52,634 nucleotides of DNA. Source: a candidate division WOR-3 bacterium. Its GTDB lineage: Bacteria > Hydrothermota > Tepidihabitantia > Tepidihabitantales > CAIPLT01. Where the stretch lies: contig JBDRUR010000002.1 in the NCBI GenBank assembly GCA_039801485.1, positions 1 through 52,634 on the forward strand, in the 5' to 3' direction. Below, piece after piece: positions 10,977 through 20,406 of the stretch (position 1 is the first letter of the stretch; each line of letters opens with the position of its first letter). The translations under genes and the position numbers were made by a program. Below the pieces are notes generated by a model that saw only the letters and a program-made list of their open reading frames with translations, ran no database searches and was not told the origin of the DNA.

Positions 10977-12698
10977 CTATCCCCGATTCAATTTTTCTTT
11001 ATTAAACTCTTCAAACTTAGATTCTTCAACCATTGAAATTGCATTGCGCGGACATTCATGGGCACAGACCCCGCAACCTTTACAATAATCATAATCAAAC
11101 GAATATGCTGAGTTATCTTTAATCACTGACAAATCCGGACAAAATACAAAACAATTATCACACTTATTACAAACTCCGCAGGAAAAACATCTTTCGGCTT
11201 CACGAACTAACATATGCTTATCATAACCAGTATGGACTTCTTTAAAATTATTTTTTCTAAATTTCACTGCCAGTTCCGGCATCGGTATCTTGGGTAATGG
11301 TTCAAAGTAATCGGTGTTTAAATCAGTAAATTTCACTGGGTTTTCACTCTTATAAATAATTTTATCTTCGAGTCCGATAATTGCCCAGGCGGTTCTTTTA
11401 CCATAACCAATTGCTTCGACGACAGTTTTCGGGCCGGTGACGCAATCACCGATTGCATAGATATTCTTAACATTCGTTTTACCAAGAAAATCTGCTTTTA
11501 TGCCCCAGTCAGTTTTAATAATATCAGGGGTAATAAATGAGAGGTCAACTTGTTCACCAATTGCCGAAATAATGGTGTCAAATTTCATAGTAAAATTAGA
11601 GTTTTCAATTGGCACCGGTCGTCGACGACCTGATGCATCTGGTTTGCCAAGTTTCATCCGAATAAGTTCAACGCCACTGACTTTACCTTTTTTATTGGTC
11701 AATACTTTTACCGGTGCGACCAAAAATTCAATTTTAATGCCTTCATCTTCGCAGGCACGAATCTCATCAGGTACTGCCGGCATTTCAGCTTTAGTCCTTC
11801 GATAAAGAATTGTTGGAATTGAACCCAACCGCAAACAACTCCGCGCGGCATCGATTGCGGTATTGCCGCCGCCGATAACTGCTACTTTTTTACCAATCTT
11901 CACCTTTTTGCCCGCATTAATTATTGATAAAAATTCTAAACCAGAAAATACGCCATCGGCATCGTCATTCGGGACCCCTAATGGTCGATTCTGATGGGCG
12001 CCGTGACTAATCACAATAAAGTCAAAACTCTTTCGGAGTTCATCAAAACTAATCTGTTTGCCGACACTACAATTGGTCTTAAATTTAACATCCAATGCGA
12101 TTAGTTTTTTTATCTCATTATTTAGTACATTCTTTGGGAGCCGGTAGGCTGGGATACCATATCTTAACATCCCACCGAGTTTTGTTTTTTTCTCAAATAT
12201 TGTTACATTGTAGCCATGTTTTGCTAGATAATAGGCACAAGTCATGCCGGCCGGACCTGAACCGATTATTGCTACCGACTCTTTTCGTTTTGTTATCGGC
12301 TTTTCGAACGAAACATTCTTTAATCCCCAATCACCAATAAAACGCTCAATACAATGAATTGAAAGTGCTTCATCATAGTCCTTACGATTACAAACACTTT
12401 CACAAGGATGATAACAAACTCGGCCGGTTATTGCTGGAAATGGGTTATCTTCTAAAATCAACTTATAAGCATCAACCAGCTTGTTCTGTTTAACATAGTC
12501 AATATAACCTTGTATTTTTTCATTAGTTGGGCATTCGTTATTACATGGCGGAATCTTATTAAGATAAACCGGTCTAAAGATGCGCCAAGTGCCCGTGGGG
12601 TTTAACAAAGTTGATGTTAAAGATATTGCCCATTCGGGATAGTCCGATTCTTTTTCTAAAACCGGAATTTCTGGTTTATATTTTTCTAACCATTTCAT
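10977..12698 (-). CDS. GltD/NfnB/SudA-like NAD(P)H:FAD oxidoreductase fused to a PFOR delta-type 2x[4Fe-4S] ferredoxin domain
   Basis: N-terminal Cys cluster is followed by GSGPAG and GGGNTAID dinucleotide folds. The C-terminus has [12 protein letters not shown] and [12 protein letters not shown]. The gene occupies the porD slot between porG and porA. Confidence 0.8.
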   Translation of the reverse strand: MKWLEKYKPEIPVLEKESDYPEWAISLTSTLLNPTGTWRIFRPVYLNKIPPCNNECPTNEKIQGYIDYVKQNKLVDAYKLILEDNPFPAITGRVCYHPCESVCNRKDYDEALSIHCIERFIGDWGLKNVSFEKPITKRKESVAIIGSGPAGMTCAYYLAKHGYNVTIFEKKTKLGGMLRYGIPAYRLPKNVLNNEIKKLIALDVKFKTNCSVGKQISFDELRKSFDFIVISHGAHQNRPLGVPNDDADGVFSGLEFLSIINAGKKVKIGKKVAVIGGGNTAIDAARSCLRLGSIPTILYRRTKAEMPAVPDEIRACEDEGIKIEFLVAPVKVLTNKKGKVSGVELIRMKLGKPDASGRRRPVPIENSNFTMKFDTIISAIGEQVDLSFITPDIIKTDWGIKADFLGKTNVKNIYAIGDCVTGPKTVVEAIGYGKRTAWAIIGLEDKIIYKSENPVKFTDLNTDYFEPLPKIPMPELAVKFRKNNFKEVHTGYDKHMLVREAERCFSCGVCNKCDNCFVFCPDLSVIKDNSAYSFDYDYCKGCGVCAHECPRNAISMVEESKFEEFNKEKLNRG

Positions 12699-13230
12699 AA
12701 GCTTCCTTTGTTGCTTGAATATTTTCTTGAATTTTTACTGGCACATATTCTTTAATCCCATCGCAGATGTGCTCTAAACTGGCTAAGTTGGTAATTTTAA
12801 CAAAAGCCCCTAAAATTGCGGTATTAACAATTGGTGCGGTTTTAGCACCTAAACGGTATTTAATTGCAATACCAGTAGCATCGACAATTGCAACTTGATA
12901 ATCAGCAAAGTTATTAATATTAATTTGAGCAATATCACGACAGTTCAACAAAATCCAACCATTAGGTTTGAGGCCCTGAGTAATGTTAACGGTTTTTATT
13001 AATACCGGGTCTAAAACAATAATGTGGTCCGGCGTATAAACTTTGTATCTAACCACAATTGGCTTATCATCAAATCGTAAAAATGCTTGAACTGGTGCGC
13101 CCCGGCGTTCAACACCAAACTCGGGGAAGGTTTGGACATATTTACCTTCGGCAAACAGTGCCGATGCTAAAATTTCAGAGGCAATCACCGCACCTTGGCC
13201 ACCGCGACCATGAAATCTAATTTCAGTCAT
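12676..13230 (-). CDS. porG: Pyruvate/2-oxoacid:ferredoxin oxidoreductase gamma subunit
   Basis: 184 aa, begins [13 protein letters not shown], which is typical of PorG. Confidence 0.9.
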   Translation of the reverse strand: MTEIRFHGRGGQGAVIASEILASALFAEGKYVQTFPEFGVERRGAPVQAFLRFDDKPIVVRYKVYTPDHIIVLDPVLIKTVNITQGLKPNGWILLNCRDIAQININNFADYQVAIVDATGIAIKYRLGAKTAPIVNTAILGAFVKITNLASLEHICDGIKEYVPVKIQENIQATKEAYEMVRKI

Positions 13231-13233
13231 AAA

Positions 13234-14220
13234 TTACCATTTTAAAATTGACGCTGCCCAGGTAAATCCAGCGCCAAAGGCAGCGAATAATATCTTATAA
13301 CCATCTTTAATTCGTCCTTCCTGATATGCTTCATAAAGTGCCACGGGGATTGTTGCCGCTGACATATTACCATATTTATGGATGACCATATAAGTCTTTT
13401 CCCAAGGAATTTTTGCGCGCTTAATCGTTGCATCAATAATCCGAATATTTGCCTGATGGGGTATAAAAATATCAATATCGTCAGCGGATAAATTAGCGCT
13501 TTTTAAGGCGGTTAAAGTTGCATTTTCCATCTCGCGGACTGCATTCTTAAACACTTCGTTGCCAGCCATATGGACATAGTGAAGATTGTTTTTAACTGTT
13601 TCAAACGATGAGGGCATTCGTGTGCCACCAGCGGGTTGATATAAAAGTTCGGCTAAATTTCCGTCGGCACCCCAATTAGAAGTGAGAATGCCTCGGTCTT
13701 CATTGGTTGGCACAACAATACAAGCGCCAGCGCCATCGCCAAACAAAACGCAAGTTGCCCGGTCTTTCCAGTTAACAATCTTTGACATCACTTCGGCACC
13801 GCTAACCAAGACTTTTTTGGCAACACCGCTACAGATTAAACTAACGGCAATTTCCAAGGCAAATAAAAAACCACAACAACCGGCACTGACATCAAAGGCA
13901 ACCGAACCGGAAATGCCTAAGCCTTTTTGTACCCAGCAGGCAGTGGCTGGATAAATGGTATCTGGCGTTGAAGTGCCGACAATAATTGTATCTAATTCAC
14001 TTGCTTTCAGATTTGCTTGTTTCAGTGCTTCTTTACTTGCCGAGACGACCAAATCCGAAGTTGCGGTTTTCTCATCGGCAATTCGTCGTTCTTTAATGCC
14101 GGTTCGTTCAGTAATCCATTCATCAGTAGTGTCAACCATCTTTTCTAAATCAAAATTGGTTAAAACCCGCTCAGGCAAAGAAATGCCCATACCAACGATT
14201 TTTACTTTTCGCATAAACAA
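13234..14220 (-). CDS. fabH: 3-oxoacyl-ACP synthase III
   Basis: Active-site region AGCCGF, then HQAN and a GAGFTW C-terminus. The start could be the ATG at 14220 or at 14214. Confidence 0.9.
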   Translation of the reverse strand: MFMRKVKIVGMGISLPERVLTNFDLEKMVDTTDEWITERTGIKERRIADEKTATSDLVVSASKEALKQANLKASELDTIIVGTSTPDTIYPATACWVQKGLGISGSVAFDVSAGCCGFLFALEIAVSLICSGVAKKVLVSGAEVMSKIVNWKDRATCVLFGDGAGACIVVPTNEDRGILTSNWGADGNLAELLYQPAGGTRMPSSFETVKNNLHYVHMAGNEVFKNAVREMENATLTALKSANLSADDIDIFIPHQANIRIIDATIKRAKIPWEKTYMVIHKYGNMSAATIPVALYEAYQEGRIKDGYKILFAAFGAGFTWAASILKW

Positions 14221-14229
14221 TATGTTATA

Positions 14230-14258
14230 ACTATAATCGACAAATAATGCTTCGTCAA
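14230..14258 (-). promoter_or_regulatory. Sigma70-type promoter of the fabH-por operon
   Basis: On the minus strand: TTGACG (14253-14258), 17 nt, TATAGT (14230-14235). Confidence 0.5.
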
Positions 14259-14704
14259 GACTTTAAACAACGAGGATAGTGTATAATATTTAATTATCGG
14301 GTTTTTGCAAAATAACAATGTTTATTTTTCTAACTCTGTTCCTGAACTTGAACCTTTATCATTTTCTTAACACGCTTCTGAACTCAATTCTGAAGATGAT
14401 GCTCTTTTCCATACTGAACTTGTTTCTAACTTCGTACCTCACGCCGGATCCGGCGTATATTCAGGGTATTTGACTCTCTGCGATTTATCATCACACTCTG
14501 ACATTTAATCTTTTTTTGATGCTCAGAAATTTTCTGAGCCCTAGCCTTACTCCCTGAGTGCATTCGGGGGATGTCCCGGGCTTGCCTTTTTTAGTTTAAC
14601 AGTAAAGGGAAATTATATTTTAATCGTATATAATATATAGACGGATTTTTTTATTAAAAGGTTTCACTAAACTTATTCAAAAAAGTCTTTTGTTTTCTAA
14701 TTAA

Positions 14705-14737
14705 TAAAAAAGGGGAAGCAATGTTTTAGCTTCCCCT
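14705..14737 (-). terminator. Rho-independent terminator of the PKD-repeat lipoprotein gene
   Basis: On the minus strand: GGGGAAGC stem, 9-nt loop, GCTTCCCC, then TTTTTT. Begins 19 nt after the stop codon. Confidence 0.75.
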
Positions 14738-14755
14738 GATATTTACGATTTTGGC

Positions 14756-15868
14756 TTATTTTTTATCCGGTAGTTTTTCAATATAGCCGGGTGCGGACGA
14801 AGAGTAGGTGTTAATTGGAATAATATTGCCGGTTGCACCATCAATATTAAAGACGTGCCAATACCAATATGGTTGGCAAGTACCAGCAGGTGGAGTGAAA
14901 GTTTGGAATAATACACCGTTGCGATAAACTTTGACCACTGCGCCTGAAGTCGGAATCGTGCTGTCACCAGAAAAGTGGTGTACCGCATATTTGTATGTAC
15001 CGCTTGAAAGTTGGCTGATTGTAATATGTTCTGGTCCATAACCGTCCACATCATCAACATCAAGTGAGCAATATGGAGCAGTATTGAGATGTCCTCTGTT
15101 TCCATAATAGACATGATATTGTGACGGCGTCCAGCAGTGCGCATCTAAATCGCGAGGATGAGGGCCCCAAGTTAATGCAATAGTAAACGGATAAGCAATG
15201 CTGGTAATGGTAATACCGTGTCCGTTTGACCAATCAGTTACGGCACCAAGTTGGTCTTTTGCCTGAACTCGCACAAAATAAGTGCCAGCAGCAGTGTAAA
15301 CGTGAGTCATAGTGGCAGTCGCGCCACTTGCATAATAAACTGACCAATTAGAAGTATCGCCGTCACCCCAGTCAAATCGATAGGCAATTGAGTCACCATC
15401 CGGGTCGGTAGTGGATGTTGAGAAAGCATAAGTATCATTGACAATCCCACTTGACGGACCAGATGGCATTGGTGGAGCTGGCGGAGCATTATTCGGTACG
15501 ATTGCAATCATATGGGTTGGTGACCAGTCGGATTTTGCGCCATTGATATCTTTCGCGCGGACTTTGATATAATAAGTATCATTAACCGTCCAGGTATGAC
15601 TCATAGTTATTTGCGCGCCGCTAGCAATGTAATTTGACCAGCTAGAGGTATCAGCCTCGCTGCCACCCCAGTTGAACTGAAATGCAATACTATCGTTATC
15701 CGGGTCAGTTGTGGTTGCTTTGAAGTTCAGCACAACATTGATTGCGCCTCGAGTTGGGCCAACTGGTGCATTTGGCGTAAGCGGTGCTTTATTTCTTGAA
15801 AACAAATCACAACCGACAATCAGGATGACTATTAGCATTGTGATCGTGAGTGTTATATTTTTTTTCAT
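14756..15868 (-). CDS. Lipoprotein with two PKD-like repeats and a DUF2135/YfaP-like C-terminal domain
   Basis: Lipobox LIVGC. Two ~95-aa repeats (TTDPDNDSIAFQFNWG... / TTDPDGDSIAYRFDWG...). The C-terminal LTWGPHPRDLDAH...VDGYGPEHI pattern resembles DUF2135. Confidence 0.6.
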   Translation of the reverse strand: MKKNITLTITMLIVILIVGCDLFSRNKAPLTPNAPVGPTRGAINVVLNFKATTTDPDNDSIAFQFNWGGSEADTSSWSNYIASGAQITMSHTWTVNDTYYIKVRAKDINGAKSDWSPTHMIAIVPNNAPPAPPMPSGPSSGIVNDTYAFSTSTTDPDGDSIAYRFDWGDGDTSNWSVYYASGATATMTHVYTAAGTYFVRVQAKDQLGAVTDWSNGHGITITSIAYPFTIALTWGPHPRDLDAHCWTPSQYHVYYGNRGHLNTAPYCSLDVDDVDGYGPEHITISQLSSGTYKYAVHHFSGDSTIPTSGAVVKVYRNGVLFQTFTPPAGTCQPYWYWHVFNIDGATGNIIPINTYSSSAPGYIEKLPDKK

Positions 15869-15937
15869 ATAACTCCTTTCTATTTTTATTTTAATTAGCT
15901 AAATAAATATTAAGATATAATTTAGCTATTATTATAA

Positions 15938-15966
15938 ATCTTAAGGCAAAAACAGGATAATGTCAA
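15938..15966 (-). promoter_or_regulatory. Sigma70-type promoter of the lipoprotein gene
   Basis: On the minus strand: TTGACA (15961-15966), 17 nt, TAAGAT (15938-15943). The leader ends with an AAGGAG SD. Confidence 0.45.
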
Positions 15967-16022
15967 CTTATAATATTACGAATAACATCCTTATTGCTTC
16001 ATTAAAATTTATGTACGAAATC

Positions 16023-16051
16023 TTGACAGCCAACTAAATTATCCTTATGAT
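16023..16051 (+). promoter_or_regulatory. Sigma70-type promoter of the trpB2 operon
   Basis: TTGACA (16023-16028), 17 nt, TATGAT (16046-16051). Confidence 0.5.
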
Positions 16052-16078
16052 AGCATTAATTAATTTTTGGGGGATGAA

Positions 16079-17377
16079 ATGAAAAATAAAAGAGCAGTCA
16101 ACCTCGGTTTTGACGAGTTACCAAAACGGTGGTATAATATTTTAGCCGATATCGGTCCGGATTTTCCACCGCCAAAAGATCCGCCTAAAGGGGAATCCCG
16201 AATCGCCAATCTACCAAAAATTTTGTTAGCCGAATGTCTTAAACAAGAAATGTCAACTGACCGTTGGATCGATATCCCCGAAGAACTTCAACAACTATAT
16301 CTACAAGCCGCAAGACCAAGACCTTTGTTTCGCGCCTATAATTTAGAGAAGAGATTACAGACACCGGCTCGTTTATATTACAAAGGTGAATTTTTCTCAC
16401 CGACCGGTAGTCATAAAGTCAACACTGCTATTGCTCAGTGTTATTATGCCAAGAAAGAAGGCTATAAACGTGTCACAACCGAAACCGGTGCTGGTCAATG
16501 GGGTACGGCTTTGGCTTATGCTGCAGCTTTAGTTGGATTGAAATGTACTATTTACTGGGTGCGTGCCGTTTATAATTGGAAACACGACCGAAGGAATTTT
16601 ATGCAACTTTTAGGTGCCGAAGTCTATGCTTCGCCTAGTCCGAAAACAAAATTTGGTCGTTCCCTATATCACAAAAATAAGAATCATCCCGGTTCATTAG
16701 GCATTGCGATTACCGAAGGCGTTGAAGATGCCCAAAACGACCCTAATGCTATCTATTGCTTAGGCTCAGTGCTTAATCATGTCTTGCTCCATCAAACAAT
16801 TATTGGCTTAGAAACTCAAAAGCAATTTGAATTATTTGATGATTATCCAGACATTATGATAAGCTGTTTGGGTGGGGGGTCTAACTTTGGTGGTTTTGTC
16901 TTGCCATTCGTTGGCGAAGTGCTCACTAAAGGCAAAAAAATAAAGTTTATCGCTGCTCAAAGTCAATCAGCCCCAAATCTTCAAGGCGAATACAAATATG
17001 ATTTTGCCGATTATGGCGAACTAACACCATTGTTAAAAATGTATACTTTAGGTCATAAAATTAAAATGAAACCAATTAAAGGCGATGGCCTTCGCTATCA
17101 TGGTTGTTCACCAATTATTAGTTATCTGCGACATAAAGGGTTGATTGATACGGTCGCTTATCCGGCTGACGAAAAGTATGTGTTCAGCCAAGCCCGGTTG
17201 TTTATTGAAAGCGAAGGTTATTTACCGGCACCGGAATCAACTTATTCAATCTGTGCGGCAATTGATGAAGCTTTGAAATGTAAAAAGACCGGCGAAAAGA
17301 AAGTAATTGCTTTTAATGTCTCAGGCCACGGCTTTATGGATATTCCAGGTTATCGCGAAGTGTTAAAATTGAAATAA
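16079..17377 (+). CDS. trpB2: TrpB2-type tryptophan synthase beta-like PLP enzyme
   Basis: PLP-lysine motif SPTGSHKVNTA and the long N-terminal extension typical of TrpB2. I prefer the ATG at 16079 (GGGGGA SD) over the TTG at 16067. Confidence 0.85.
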   Translation: MKNKRAVNLGFDELPKRWYNILADIGPDFPPPKDPPKGESRIANLPKILLAECLKQEMSTDRWIDIPEELQQLYLQAARPRPLFRAYNLEKRLQTPARLYYKGEFFSPTGSHKVNTAIAQCYYAKKEGYKRVTTETGAGQWGTALAYAAALVGLKCTIYWVRAVYNWKHDRRNFMQLLGAEVYASPSPKTKFGRSLYHKNKNHPGSLGIAITEGVEDAQNDPNAIYCLGSVLNHVLLHQTIIGLETQKQFELFDDYPDIMISCLGGGSNFGGFVLPFVGEVLTKGKKIKFIAAQSQSAPNLQGEYKYDFADYGELTPLLKMYTLGHKIKMKPIKGDGLRYHGCSPIISYLRHKGLIDTVAYPADEKYVFSQARLFIESEGYLPAPESTYSICAAIDEALKCKKTGEKKVIAFNVSGHGFMDIPGYREVLKLK

Positions 17378-17380
17378 ACA

Positions 17381-17890
17381 ATGGTAAATTTATCCTTTAA
17401 GCAAACTGGAGTTCTAACCGAAAATGACTTAAAAAAATCAAAACTGCTACCATCAAAAGCCAGATTTAATAAAGGGCCGGTGGTAGTTGTTGAATGCATT
17501 GAGAAAATCCCCTGTAATCCTTGTGCCGATGCTTGTCCCAAAAATGCCATTACCATTGAAAATAGTATCATTGAAATTCCCAAGGTGAATTTTGATGTCT
17601 GTAATGGTTGCGGTCTTTGTATCGCTCGTTGTCCAGGACTGGCGATCTTTGTTATTAATAAAAACTACAACCCAAAAGAAGCGGCAATTTCTTTGCCTTA
17701 TGAATTTTTACCTCGGCCACAAATAGGCGAGATTGTTTTAGCATTAGACCGTAAAGGCAAATATATCTGTAATGCCCGCGTCGAAAAAGTCCTAGACACA
17801 AAAGCGACTGACCGCTGTGCGGTTATCACAATTGCGGTGCCGAAAAAATATTACAATAAAGTTAGATTTATTAAATTAAAATCAGAGTGA
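17381..17890 (+). CDS. 4Fe-4S dicluster domain protein
   Basis: Cys motifs CNPCADACP and CNGCGLCIARCP. Only a 3-nt gap after trpB2. Confidence 0.7.
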   Translation: MVNLSFKQTGVLTENDLKKSKLLPSKARFNKGPVVVVECIEKIPCNPCADACPKNAITIENSIIEIPKVNFDVCNGCGLCIARCPGLAIFVINKNYNPKEAAISLPYEFLPRPQIGEIVLALDRKGKYICNARVEKVLDTKATDRCAVITIAVPKKYYNKVRFIKLKSE

Positions 17891-17897
17891 GGGAAAT

Positions 17898-20132
17898 GTG
17901 TTATCAATTATCACGGCTATTTTCGTAACAATCACCACGCCCCAATTACCGTTGTCATCAGCCACTACTGACGATGCTTTGGCAATACTGGGCAATCCAG
18001 CTGGGTTAGGCATCGGACGAACATTTAATTGCTACTATCTATATAATTTCAGTAATTACGATGACTTAAATCAAAGACAACGCTTTTGGGATAATCAGAC
18101 TTTTCTTTTCCAGATAAACACCTTAGGCTTTGCCTATGTCGATTTAAAAGATTATCGTATTGGTTGGGGGAGCAAAATCAGCGACGCTTTTGCCTTTGGC
18201 ATTACTTATCGGAAACTAAATGAAAAACACTACTGGGATGCGGGTTTGTTGAGTCGGCCATTAAACTATTTATCATTGGGCGCGATGTTGAGTAATATTG
18301 GCCAAGCAACACCTCGGCAACTGCTATTTGGTATTGGCGTTAGGCCATTAACCAATCGGCTAACATTAACCTTTGATGTGTTCAGTGATAATTGGCGGTA
18401 TCCAACTTTTGGTGTGGAGTTGGAGCCAATTAATGGTGTTGAAATCCGAGGTAAATTTAGTCGCAATCAAATTTTTTCAATCCAAGCCGGTGTTAATTTA
18501 CATAAAGTTGGTATTGGTGCTGTTCATAACTCGTCATTTAATACGGGTAGCAGTTATCACCATTGGGCAGGTTATTTGCGGTTTGACATCGAACGCCGAC
18601 GCTCGCTTATTGCCGAAACTAAAAAATTTCTGGAAATGAGACTTAGTGGTATAATTGCTGACCAAAAGCCCGGTTTTAGTATTTTTGGTAGTAATGTTAA
18701 CTATACTACTTACGAAATCCTTAATACTTTTAAAAAAGCCAAAGAAGACAGCCAAATCACCGGGATTGTTCTGAAACTCGAAAATGTCCGAATGAACTTT
18801 GCTATTGCCCAAGAAATAAAATCAGCACTTAATGAATGCAAAAAAAACAAAAAGAAAATCATTGTTTACTCACCTTACTTTGATAATTTAACTTATTATC
18901 TTGCCAGTGGTGCTGATCAAATCATATCTCATCCTCTAGGTGAAGTTGATATTCCGGGTCTCGTTGCCAAATCGATGTTTATTAAGGACGCCTTGGACAA
19001 AATAGGAATTGAAGTAGAATACGAACGCGTCGGCAAATACAAATCTGCGCCTGAAATGTTAACTGAGGATACATTATCATTAGCAAATCGTGAGGTGATT
19101 AATGCCATCTTAGATGATTTGTATCAACAATTAACCAAAACCATTAGTCAAGAGCGAAATTTTTCTGAACAAGAAATTACCGATAAAATCAACCGAGGCT
19201 TCTTCTTAGCCAAAAATGCGAAACAAGAAAGGTTGATTGACAATCTCTGCTACGAAGACGAACTTGACAGCCTTTGTAAAAATATCTTTGCCCACTCGAA
19301 GCCGATACCAATGAAAAAATACCTTCGCCAGCTTAGCCATCAGTATGACTGGCAAGCGCCACCAAAGATTGTAATAATTTATGCTAATGGTGATATTGCG
19401 ATTGGCGAAAGTTCCACCGACCCATTAACCGGTAATATTACTTGCGGTGCCAACACAATTGTTTGTGCCATTCGTCAAGCACGAAAAGATAAAAAGGTTA
19501 AGGCAATTGTCCTGCGTGTCAACTCCCCAGGTGGTGACGGTTTTGCGTCAGATTTAATTTGGCGTGAAATCCAAATCACTAAAAAGACCAAACCAGTAAT
19601 TGTTTCTATGGGACCGCTAGCGGCATCAGGTGGTTATTATATTGCAATGAATGGTGATAAGATTTTTGCCTTACCCGCAACCATTACTGGTTCAATCGGT
19701 GTCTTTGGTTTGAAATATGTAACTAAAGAGTTATACCACAAACTCGGGATTAATATTGAGACGATAAAACGCGGTGAACATGCCGATGCCTTTTCGCCTG
19801 ATCGGAAATTTAGTCCGGATGAAAAAATGATACTAAAAAAGCAAGTTGAAGACTTTTATGCCCAATTTATTGAAAAAGTTGCCCAAGCTCGAAACTTGAG
19901 CGTTGATTATGTTGATTCTGTTGGCCAAGGGCGTATCTGGACTGGCAATCAAGCCAAAGAACGATTCTTAATTGATTCATTAGGCGGATTGCTTAACGCT
20001 GTTGAATTCGCCAAAGAAAAAACTAAAGTCAAAGAAGTAAAAATTGACTTTTTACCAAGACCGAAACGGGATTTTTTTAATTTAGCGTTAAAGATGATTG
20101 TGCCAATATTAAAATATAAATTCTATGAATAG
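17898..20132 (+). CDS. sppA: Signal peptide peptidase SppA (67K type, two S49/ClpP-like domains) with a ~240-aa N-terminal beta-barrel-like extension
   Basis: The C-terminal ~500 aa show duplicated S49 domains (GVFGLKY..., PLAASGGYYIA). The N-terminal region has alternating beta-strand character and an ILGNPAGLG motif. GTG start with a GAGGGA SD. Confidence 0.75.
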   Translation: MLSIITAIFVTITTPQLPLSSATTDDALAILGNPAGLGIGRTFNCYYLYNFSNYDDLNQRQRFWDNQTFLFQINTLGFAYVDLKDYRIGWGSKISDAFAFGITYRKLNEKHYWDAGLLSRPLNYLSLGAMLSNIGQATPRQLLFGIGVRPLTNRLTLTFDVFSDNWRYPTFGVELEPINGVEIRGKFSRNQIFSIQAGVNLHKVGIGAVHNSSFNTGSSYHHWAGYLRFDIERRRSLIAETKKFLEMRLSGIIADQKPGFSIFGSNVNYTTYEILNTFKKAKEDSQITGIVLKLENVRMNFAIAQEIKSALNECKKNKKKIIVYSPYFDNLTYYLASGADQIISHPLGEVDIPGLVAKSMFIKDALDKIGIEVEYERVGKYKSAPEMLTEDTLSLANREVINAILDDLYQQLTKTISQERNFSEQEITDKINRGFFLAKNAKQERLIDNLCYEDELDSLCKNIFAHSKPIPMKKYLRQLSHQYDWQAPPKIVIIYANGDIAIGESSTDPLTGNITCGANTIVCAIRQARKDKKVKAIVLRVNSPGGDGFASDLIWREIQITKKTKPVIVSMGPLAASGGYYIAMNGDKIFALPATITGSIGVFGLKYVTKELYHKLGINIETIKRGEHADAFSPDRKFSPDEKMILKKQVEDFYAQFIEKVAQARNLSVDYVDSVGQGRIWTGNQAKERFLIDSLGGLLNAVEFAKEKTKVKEVKIDFLPRPKRDFFNLALKMIVPILKYKFYE

Positions 20133-20406
20133 ACCAACAGTCATCTGTCGTTGCGAAGAAATAACCGACAAAGAAATCATTAAAGCAATTAAACAAGGCT
20201 ATACTAGTTTAGATGAACTTAAACGAGTATTACGCTGTGGTATGGGGCATTGTCAAGGCAGAAGCTGTCTTTTACTGATTGCACGGATTTTAAGCCAAAT
20301 GACCAAACAACCAATTGAAAAGATTTCACTACCGACTTCCCGACCGCCATTAAAACCGATACCAATTGGAACCTTAGCCAAATATCAACATGAAAAAGAC
20401 CGCTGA
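20125..20406 (+). CDS. BFD-like [2Fe-2S]-binding protein
   Basis: Pattern CRCEEIT...CGMGHCQGRSC. Overlaps both neighbouring genes. Confidence 0.75.
   Translation: MNRPTVICRCEEITDKEIIKAIKQGYTSLDELKRVLRCGMGHCQGRSCLLLIARILSQMTKQPIEKISLPTSRPPLKPIPIGTLAKYQHEKDR

Noticed and set aside
14342-14450. 36-nt periodic heptamer as a miniature CRISPR array
   Set aside because: Only 7 nt are conserved per unit. That is far too short for a CRISPR repeat. The period is also too short for repeat plus spacer, and there are no cas genes.
14318-14473. 51-codon ORF MFIFLTLFLNLNLYHFLNTLLNSILKMMLFSILNLFLTSYLTPDPAYIQGI with an LN motif every 12 residues
   Set aside because: It has no SD and no properly spaced -35/-10. 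Its Leu/Phe/Asn-rich composition is what T-rich noncoding DNA yields when translated. The 36-nt CTGAACT periodicity is reported as a nucleotide feature instead.
14440-14600. Fragments resembling a TPP riboswitch (minus strand AAAUACCC...GGCGUGAGG) or the RNase P RNA P4 strand (plus strand GUCCCGGGCUUG)
   Set aside because: The invariant TPP elements (CUGAGA, ACCUGAUC, GGGGUGC) are absent. So is the RNase P GGAAAGUCC strand and the required length. I kept the region only as an unclassified structured-RNA candidate.
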